64,000 bases of DNA from Candidatus Latescibacterota bacterium. GTDB taxonomy: Bacteria > Latescibacterota > UBA2968 > UBA8231. The notes beneath the pieces are model-generated. The model ran no database searches and was not told where the DNA came from. It saw nothing but the letters and a program-made list of their open reading frames with translations. The stretch is taken from contig OZ241867.1 in NCBI GenBank assembly GCA_965203175.1, forward strand, positions 64,001 to 128,000, read 5' to 3'. Both the position numbers and the translations under genes were made by a program. Positions 57,509 through 64,000 of the stretch are shown here, piece after piece (within the stretch, counting starts at the first letter, position 1; the number at the start of each line of letters is the position of its first letter).

Positions 57509-57568
57509 AGGGGAAGGGGCACATGCGCCCCTTCCCCTTAATCATTTGCGTCGCCCGTTCGGGCGACG
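57509..57568 (+). terminator. Two tandem hairpins after the CBM9-like gene (weak terminator or mRNA-stabilising structure)
   Basis: AGGGGAAGGGGC-ACATGC-GCCCCTTCCCCT (57509-57538) and CGTCGCCC-GTTC-GGGCGACG (57549-57568); no long U-tract. Confidence 0.6.
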
Positions 57569-57593
57569 GAGAGCATCTTGCGGAGACTGGTTG

Positions 57594-59627
57594 GTGAGAA
57601 GTCGTCTGAAAATTCTTAAAGGGGCAATCTTGGCCTGTGTTGTGCTGGTGGGCGTTTGCAGCCCCGGGGTGGCGCAAGAGTGGTGGCAGTTCGGCGGGCA
57701 GGGTGGCGTTTCGCCGGCGGAAGTGGCGGACTTCAGCCTAATGCTAGACGACGCAGCCGCTTCCCACGCACTCCAGCCCTTTGAACTCGACCCGAGCGAA
57801 AACATCTTGCCTCTGCTCGGCCCCTGGCAGCGCTGGCGCTTTCCCACCGACCCGCAATTCCGCTCCGGCCATCCGCGCTTCTGGACGGACATCAACCACG
57901 ACAGGCTATACCAAGCCACGGAAAGTTTTCTCTTCGTCGATGGGGATCCAACCACATACATAGAGCGGCGGGACTTAGCTGGCATTTTTTATACCATAGA
58001 CTTGGGCACCCAAGTGCCCGTAGAGCGCTTTGTCTTTTTCCCTCCCGAAGGCGTCAGTCCCGAAAGCGACGAGCCTTTCAGGCCCAATTACATCCTCAAG
58101 TCCTATAGTCTGACGGCCGCCAAAGCCGAAACCGGCATTATGGAAGAGGAGCTGGAGCGCGGGTTCGTCTGGCGGGGCGACGGGCCGTGTTGTCCGTTGG
58201 CCATCCCCCTCGGCTACGAGGAGCGCAATGCCGACGCGGTGACCGAAATCGCGTTTCCCACGCAATACCTCCGCTTCTTCCGCCTAATAGCCATCCCCGA
58301 CGGATTTACCCTGTACGGCGACCCCATCGTCACGCGCTCGGCCTTTGCCGAGATGGAAATCTACGGCCGGGGCTTCGCTCCGCAGGCGACCTATGAGTCG
58401 CAGATCATAGATTTGGGACGGGAGGTCAACTTCGGACAGGTGCGCTTGGGGCTGAGCAAATGGCGCAAGGACGGAGAACAACTGCTGCCGTCCGACGGCC
58501 CAACCCGCGCCCAAGTGGAAATCCGCACGGGGCGCGACGACAGCCCAACGGCTTATTTCGGCTTTGACGATCTAGGCGCCCACGTAGAGGTAACCAAGAA
58601 GCAATGGGATCGACTAATACCGCTAGAAACGCGCGGCGCTACCATAGCGGTCGGCTATCGCGGTCCAGTGGCCGCAGACTTGGAAAACTGGAGCTTTTGG
58701 TCGCTACCGTTGGAGGATTCGGGCCAGAATCCGCGCCTGCCGTGGGGTCGCTACTTTCAATTGCGCGTCCGGCTAGAAACAGAAGCGCTGTGGGAATTCG
58801 CCCGCCTCGATTCCCTGCAAATCGAGATCGCGCCCCTGTTGGCCGACCGGGTCGTCGGCGAGGTCGTCCTCGCAGAGGAACCCCACCCCCAAGGCGGGCA
58901 AGTGCGCGTACCCGCGGGTGCGAAAACCCCATTCACGTACGACCTAGGCGTGGAATTTGCCAGCGCGGACCGCATCGGCTGCGACGCCGTGCGCATTTTG
59001 GCACCAGCGGAAGCCACATTTCGCTATCTGGAGATGGGCGACCCGCTCAGCGTCGTAGAGCCGGATAGCCTGCTGCGCGAAGCAAGCGGCTTTGTCGTGT
59101 TCTTGCCTCGCCCCTTGCATCCGAGCGGTGATCGGCGGCTGCGCATCGGCCTCGAAGCCGTGCTGTACGGCGAGGCTGGCGAATTTGGCGGCGAAGTCTT
59201 CAACCGCCACGAGCCGAGCTTGTTACAGCGCATCGAAGGAGGGGACGTCAGCGCAGAGCTAGGTTCCAACCAGTTGCTCGTCGTGGCATCTGCCACCTCC
59301 TCGGGCGGGGTCCTAGGAGACATCAAGGCGGGTAACGGCGCGTTTACCCCTCAAGGCGATGGCGTAAATGACCTGTTGTCCATACAATACACCCTTTTCC
59401 GAGTGCGAGAGTCGTCCCAAGTGCAAGTCGGCCTCTACGCCCTCGACGGGCGGCCGGTATGGCAGGCACCGCCAAGCGTACAGGGCGCAGGACGCCATGC
59501 GGTCCACTGGGACGGCCGGGACGCGGCCGGGCAACTGGTCCGCCCAGGCGTGTACCTAGCGCGTGTGGAAGTGGAAACGGATCAGGGGCGAGCGGTGCGG
59601 TTGCAGCCCGTCGCCGTGATCTATTGA
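57594..59627 (+). CDS. Secreted short-type discoidin-like/FlgD-Ig protein, ends in PVAVIY (start approximate)
   Basis: Signal peptide ...SPGVA-QE; 'FVDGDPTT...IDLGTQVPVERFVFFPP', 'WSFWS.P', 'FTPQGDGVND...WDGRDAAG...PGVY'. Confidence 0.75.
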   Translation: MRSRLKILKGAILACVVLVGVCSPGVAQEWWQFGGQGGVSPAEVADFSLMLDDAAASHALQPFELDPSENILPLLGPWQRWRFPTDPQFRSGHPRFWTDINHDRLYQATESFLFVDGDPTTYIERRDLAGIFYTIDLGTQVPVERFVFFPPEGVSPESDEPFRPNYILKSYSLTAAKAETGIMEEELERGFVWRGDGPCCPLAIPLGYEERNADAVTEIAFPTQYLRFFRLIAIPDGFTLYGDPIVTRSAFAEMEIYGRGFAPQATYESQIIDLGREVNFGQVRLGLSKWRKDGEQLLPSDGPTRAQVEIRTGRDDSPTAYFGFDDLGAHVEVTKKQWDRLIPLETRGATIAVGYRGPVAADLENWSFWSLPLEDSGQNPRLPWGRYFQLRVRLETEALWEFARLDSLQIEIAPLLADRVVGEVVLAEEPHPQGGQVRVPAGAKTPFTYDLGVEFASADRIGCDAVRILAPAEATFRYLEMGDPLSVVEPDSLLREASGFVVFLPRPLHPSGDRRLRIGLEAVLYGEAGEFGGEVFNRHEPSLLQRIEGGDVSAELGSNQLLVVASATSSGGVLGDIKAGNGAFTPQGDGVNDLLSIQYTLFRVRESSQVQVGLYALDGRPVWQAPPSVQGAGRHAVHWDGRDAAGQLVRPGVYLARVEVETDQGRAVRLQPVAVIY

Positions 59628-59646
59628 ATAGAAAGAGTCAAACGCA

Positions 59647-60411
59647 ATGAAAGCATGGATAAGCTGTCTGCTGTGCGCCGCGCTGCTCGTCGCAGGATGC
59701 GGGCACAAATTGGGCTATCGCCACTTTGCCGGCCCCGTATTGCCGGCCACTGATTTGGCAGGAGCGGATTTCGTCGTCCGCGACGACCACAGCATCACCT
59801 TCGTCAAAGATCGCTTGGAGGTGAGTTTGTTGCCGCTGACCGTGGCCATGCTCAACCGGCAGCTAGGCAGCCACTCGCAGCGACCGGAGGGCTTCCACGA
59901 CCCCAACCCCTACCTCGCGCCGGTCAATCCCTACACCTATGGCGACTGGAAGCCAGGCTGGGAAGAGGAGCATCCCACCCGCTTTACGGTCTTTCTGCTC
60001 AAGGTCAAAAACTACGCGTACCCCAAGGTGTGGCTCAATCCCTACTCCATAGAGATTGCCAGCGCCAACGGCCGGCGCTACCAAGCCTTCACCAAGCTGG
60101 CGCTAGACGAGTACTTCGCCCCTTATGCCATAGGCTATGCGGGCAATACCTTCCTCCCCTTCCGCGAGCGGCGCGACCTGCTGCTCCGCACCTTGTATCC
60201 AGAAGACGAGATGATCTTCAGCGGCCAAGAGCTCGAAGGTTTCATCGCCTTTGCCCCACTGGCTAACGATGTCGAAGCGTTTGAAGTGCGAATCCCGGAG
60301 ATGGTACTACGCTTTGACTACCGAGATCAGCCAGTGGAAACCATAGACATCACCTACCCATTCACGCGCGAAGTGTACTTGGCCAAACACCGCCGCGCCG
60401 AGGAGCTCTAA
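59647..60411 (+). CDS. Hypothetical lipoprotein
   Basis: Lipobox LVAGC; beta-rich C-terminus ('FTVFLLKVKN', 'EGFIAF'); translationally coupled to the PPIase gene. Confidence 0.65.
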   Translation: MKAWISCLLCAALLVAGCGHKLGYRHFAGPVLPATDLAGADFVVRDDHSITFVKDRLEVSLLPLTVAMLNRQLGSHSQRPEGFHDPNPYLAPVNPYTYGDWKPGWEEEHPTRFTVFLLKVKNYAYPKVWLNPYSIEIASANGRRYQAFTKLALDEYFAPYAIGYAGNTFLPFRERRDLLLRTLYPEDEMIFSGQELEGFIAFAPLANDVEAFEVRIPEMVLRFDYRDQPVETIDITYPFTREVYLAKHRRAEEL

Positions 60412-62096
60412 TGGTGCTCGCTCGGGCCGTTGTGGGAGTCGCCCTCGCGTCGCTGTGGTGGAGTGGCTGCGGGCCGCAAGTGGATGGCGATGTGGTCGCC
60501 AAGGTAGGCGACGAAGAAATCAAGCTCGCAGACCTGCGCCAGTTCCGCGAAGAGTCCACCGCCAACTACCGCGATCCCGAAGAGGGAATCCAGGCGTGGC
60601 GCTTCTACTTGCAGACGATGATCGACATGAAGTTGATGCTCATCGCCGCACAGGAGCAACGGCTAGATCAGACAGTGGAGTTCGTGCGCCAATGGGATCG
60701 GGAACGACGCAAAAAACTGGTTGATGAGTACGCCGTGCGGACCATCCTCGCGGATGTAGATCTCGCCGTGGACAGTATGCGTCAGGAGTTTGCGACGAAC
60801 AAGTGGAATCGGATGCTGCGCTTGGCCCATATTCGCACCGCCAGCGCGGCAGAAGCCCAAAAGGCCATGCGCGACTTGGAGCAAGGGCAGGATTTTGCCG
60901 AGGTGGCCCGCGAGCGTTCCATCGCACCATCAGCCGACCACGGCGGAGTGATCGATGCCTGGTACGGGCGCGGCAACTTAGAGGAAATGGGCTTGCCCAT
61001 AGAAGTAGGAGAGCAGGTATTCGACCTACAGGTTGGGGATTTGAGCCAACCCTTACTCGTGGGGGAACACTACGAGATTTTTAAGGTGCTGTCCCAAGGC
61101 CCCGCCCCTACGCACTACCGAGCGGCCTTCTTGCGCGAGCAATACTGGAATGAGTTTCGCACTCGCTGGAATGGGCTGATCGTACAGCTCAAAGACCGGC
61201 TAGACGCACAGTTGGATGGCGAGGCGATCCGGTTATTGGTCGATAGAATGGCCGAATCCGACGGCCGGGGAATGCTGTTGGGTCCCGAAGAGCAGGAAGT
61301 GATCCTCTGCCGCTTCAAGGGCGGACAGGTAACGCTGCTGGATTTCGCCGAAACCTATAACGCCTATTGGTTCATCCGCTCGGTTTCCTTCGACAGCAGT
61401 GGGATTGCCGAGTTCGTCCACCGGGATCTCTTACCGCGAGTCCTCGTCTATCAAGCGGCCTTGCAGGAAGGCTTGGACCAAGATTCGACCATAGCGGCCT
61501 GGTTGCAGGACAAGAAAAAATCGCTGCTGCTCGAAGCTCTCCGCAGAGAAGAGGTAGTGCAGCAAACCGAAGTTGACAGCGCCATGGCCCGCCAGTACTA
61601 CGACGACCATCCGCAAATGTTCATGGAACTGGAAGAGATTCAGATGGCGGAAGTGCTGGTGGCGACCCGCGCCGAGGCGGAACAGCTCTTGCAGCGGGTC
61701 CGCGCTGGCGAACGCCTAGAAACGCTAGCCGCCCGCCACACGCTGCGCACGGATGCCGAGGGCGGGCATGGGCAATACCACATCCACAATCACCCCTCCG
61801 AACGGCGAGTTTTCGGTGCCCTCTACGACTCAGTAGTCGCCGCGCCGGTAGGAGTACTCACCGGCCCTGTAGCCCTCGACGAAGGTTATTCGATCTTCGA
61901 AGTGCGGGAGCGCATTCCCCCGCGTCCCACGCCCTTTGAACAGGCGGCCTCGCGGGCGCAGTGGTGGGTGCAAAAGCGGCAAGAAAAGACTCTCTTCGAC
62001 TCCTTGTTCATCCGGCTCAGGAATCAATACGCCGATAGAGTTGTGGTGTTTGAAGAGCAGTTGGGCAGACTAGACGCCAGCCCCGCTAGCCCATGA
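60411..62096 (+). CDS. SurA/PrsA-like parvulin-type PPIase lipoprotein (two PPIase domains)
   Basis: Lipobox WSGC; 'VVAKVGDEEI', 'LRLAHI....A..A...L..G.DFAEVARERS....A..GG', 'GDLSQP', 'GVLTGPV....GYSIFEV'. Confidence 0.82.
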   Translation: MVLARAVVGVALASLWWSGCGPQVDGDVVAKVGDEEIKLADLRQFREESTANYRDPEEGIQAWRFYLQTMIDMKLMLIAAQEQRLDQTVEFVRQWDRERRKKLVDEYAVRTILADVDLAVDSMRQEFATNKWNRMLRLAHIRTASAAEAQKAMRDLEQGQDFAEVARERSIAPSADHGGVIDAWYGRGNLEEMGLPIEVGEQVFDLQVGDLSQPLLVGEHYEIFKVLSQGPAPTHYRAAFLREQYWNEFRTRWNGLIVQLKDRLDAQLDGEAIRLLVDRMAESDGRGMLLGPEEQEVILCRFKGGQVTLLDFAETYNAYWFIRSVSFDSSGIAEFVHRDLLPRVLVYQAALQEGLDQDSTIAAWLQDKKKSLLLEALRREEVVQQTEVDSAMARQYYDDHPQMFMELEEIQMAEVLVATRAEAEQLLQRVRAGERLETLAARHTLRTDAEGGHGQYHIHNHPSERRVFGALYDSVVAAPVGVLTGPVALDEGYSIFEVRERIPPRPTPFEQAASRAQWWVQKRQEKTLFDSLFIRLRNQYADRVVVFEEQLGRLDASPASP

Positions 62097-62152
62097 CATC
62101 ACTCGTCGGGGCAACCCACGCCCACCCCAATTTCTCCGTCTCCTACTAGTCC

Positions 62153-63796
62153 GTGGCCGCGGTTTTGTCTTTGTGGGTGCTGCTCGTCGTGGGCAGCGCA
62201 GGATGCGGGCCAGCAGACCCGGAGATCAAACCGGCATTTGTCGAGGTGGCACAGGAGGCGGGCATTGAATTCCACCATCAGAATGGGGCGAGTGGGCGCT
62301 ACTACTATGTGGAAACCTATGGGTCGGGCGCGGCCTTCCTCGACTACGACAACGACGGAGACCAAGACCTCTATGCAGTCAACAGCGCGCCGCTGCCGGG
62401 TTTTGTCGCCGAGGACCTCCCCACCAACGCGTTCTATCGCAACCGAGGCGACGGAACCTTTGCCGATGTGACGGAGAGCACGAAGACGGGCCATCCGGGC
62501 TATGGCATGGGTGCTTGCGTCGGGGACATCGACAACGACGGGCACGTAGACCTGTACGTGACCAACTTCGGTCCCAACGTCCTGTATCGCAATCAGGGCG
62601 ACGGAACCTTTGCCGATCAGACGGCCGACGCTGGAGTCGGCGATCCCCGCCTGAGTACTAGCGCGGCGTTTGCCGACATCGACAACGACGGCGATCTAGA
62701 CCTCTATGTAGCTAACAACGTCTCCATTGACCTTGCGTACGACGAAGGGTGTCACCAAGGAGCGGTCCCGGTCTATTGCGCCCCCACTCAGTACAAAGGA
62801 GAATCCGGTGCCCTCTTCCGCAACGACCAGAGCGGGAAGTTCGCCGATATTACCCGGCCGGCCGGCGTGTACAGCGAAGCCGGCCGCCAGTTGGGCGTCG
62901 TCTTTGGCGACTACGACGGCGACGGCGACGCGGACCTATATGTGGCCAACGACATGAAGGCCAATTTCCTCTTCCGCAACGACGGTGCAACGCGGTTCGC
63001 CGAAGTGGGTTTGAGCGCGGGGGTAGCCCTCAGCGAGAGCGCTCGCCCCGAGGCCGGCATGGGCACGGACTTTGGCGATTGCGACCGGGACGGCGACTTG
63101 GATATCGTAGTCTGCAACTTCCAATGGGAGAGCTGCCGCTTCTATCGCAACGACAGCGACGGCACATTTGCCGACTTGAGCTTTCCGTCGGGGTTGGGTG
63201 AGCCTACGCTTTCTACCCTGACGTTTGGCACGGATTTTTTCGACTACGACAACGATGGCGACTTAGACCTTTATCTGGCCAATGGCCACGTCCATCCAGA
63301 AGTGCAGGTGTTCGACCAAGCTGCGTCCTATCCGCAGCCGGACCAACTCTTTGCCAACGACGGGGCTGGACGGTTTGCGCTGGTGCCGACTACGGCCTTG
63401 GGCGGAGTCGGCCGGGGCGCGGCGTTTGCCGACGTCGACAACGACGGCGATCTGGATGCTTTTGTCTCCAACAACAATCAACGGGCGTTTTTGCTGCGCA
63501 ACGACAGCGGCCAACGCAACCACTGGATCGCCTTTAAGACCATAGGCCGGGTCAGCAACCGGGATGGGATCGGGGCGGTGATCCAGGTGGTAAGCGGCGA
63601 TTTAGTACAGGTCGAAGAGGTGCGCAGCGGCAGCAGCTATCTCTCGCAAAACGATCTGCGGGTGTACTTCGGCTTGGGCCAGCGCAAACAGGTGGATCGC
63701 GTCCAGATCCGCTGGCCCAGCGGGATTGTGCAGACGCTCGTACAAGTGCCCATCGACCAGATCCACCAAGTAGAAGAACCTCCTTCCTCCGGCTGA
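62153..63796 (+). CDS. CRTAC1-family lipoprotein (FG-GAP repeats plus ASPIC/UnbV)
   Basis: 'SAGC'; 'GSGAAFLDYDNDGDQDLY' and many DxDxDGDxD repeats; 'NRDGIGA', 'SGSSYLSQND', 'YFGLG', 'IRWPSG'. Confidence 0.9.
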   Translation: MAAVLSLWVLLVVGSAGCGPADPEIKPAFVEVAQEAGIEFHHQNGASGRYYYVETYGSGAAFLDYDNDGDQDLYAVNSAPLPGFVAEDLPTNAFYRNRGDGTFADVTESTKTGHPGYGMGACVGDIDNDGHVDLYVTNFGPNVLYRNQGDGTFADQTADAGVGDPRLSTSAAFADIDNDGDLDLYVANNVSIDLAYDEGCHQGAVPVYCAPTQYKGESGALFRNDQSGKFADITRPAGVYSEAGRQLGVVFGDYDGDGDADLYVANDMKANFLFRNDGATRFAEVGLSAGVALSESARPEAGMGTDFGDCDRDGDLDIVVCNFQWESCRFYRNDSDGTFADLSFPSGLGEPTLSTLTFGTDFFDYDNDGDLDLYLANGHVHPEVQVFDQAASYPQPDQLFANDGAGRFALVPTTALGGVGRGAAFADVDNDGDLDAFVSNNNQRAFLLRNDSGQRNHWIAFKTIGRVSNRDGIGAVIQVVSGDLVQVEEVRSGSSYLSQNDLRVYFGLGQRKQVDRVQIRWPSGIVQTLVQVPIDQIHQVEEPPSSG

Positions 63797-63798
63797 GC

Positions 63799-64000
63799 AT
63801 GAGCAACCAGTGGAAAAGATCTCGAGCGCGCTGCTGGGCTGTCGCCTGCCTACTAGCCCTGATCTACGGGTGTACACCCACCGAGGAAAGCCTAGGCGAG
63901 CGGGAGGTCCGCTACCAGCGCCAGATCGCGGAAGACCCGACGGACGCCGAAGCCCATTACGCGCTCGGCCAGGTGTACCACGAACAAGCGCGCTACCCCG
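63799..64000 (+). CDS. TPR-containing lipoprotein (3'-truncated by window edge)
   Basis: Manual translation MSNQWKRSRARCWAVACLLALIYGCTPTEESLGEREVRYQRQIAEDPTDAEAHYALGQVYHEQARYP: lipobox IYGC and TPR motif 'P.DAEAHY.LG.VY'. Confidence 0.75.
   Translation, partial: MSNQWKRSRARCWAVACLLALIYGCTPTEESLGEREVRYQRQIAEDPTDAEAHYALGQVYHEQARYP

Noticed and set aside
25218-59627. Canonical SusC/SusD PUL or T9SS machinery
   Set aside because: No TonB-dependent receptor plug/barrel motifs, SusD, or Por/Gld/Spr core components are recognisable; only CTD-like tails are present.
1-64000. CRISPR array, tRNA, rRNA, transposase or integrase
   Set aside because: I saw no regularly spaced repeat-spacer array, no recognisable structural RNA and no mobility gene motifs by eye.

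Overview
GC-rich bacterial DNA. The gene content (FlgD-Ig-tailed secreted proteins, DUF6785-type membrane proteins, CRTAC1/ASPIC-UnbV proteins, C-terminal 'VE..xWG.[IL]K' motifs) resembles FCB-related candidate phyla such as Latescibacterota; this is an inference, not a database result. Bases 1-10.8 kb are ordinary: FNR-family fragment, GT2, argC, TatD, SLBB/Wza and Wzz-like genes, dut, then a CoxMSL-like molybdo-flavoenzyme with a MoaD. From about 11 kb to the end, the window is dominated by two copies of the same uncharacterised envelope module. Each copy has one ~880-900 aa Asp-rich putative outer-membrane protein, one DUF6785-type inner-membrane protein, several discoidin-like/FlgD-Ig secreted proteins that all end in a hydrophobic strand plus Tyr, one DOMON/CBM9-like protein followed by a hairpin, one SurA/PrsA-like PPIase lipoprotein and one CRTAC1 protein. 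Sugar-catabolic genes are interleaved (PL4 lyase, lactonase-like amidohydrolase, enolase-family dehydratase, sugar ABC). It reads as a SusC/SusD-free, PUL-like uptake or secretion system. Inside it is a tandem array of two orphan gene families with constant N-termini and variable C-termini, showing deletion and duplication scars. Also present: an in-frame TAG in one PPIase gene, an AT-rich HAD gene flanked by 10-bp direct repeats, and an apparent CCAG>CTAG/CCAA mutational signature. I found no rRNA, tRNA, CRISPR array, transposase or integrase.
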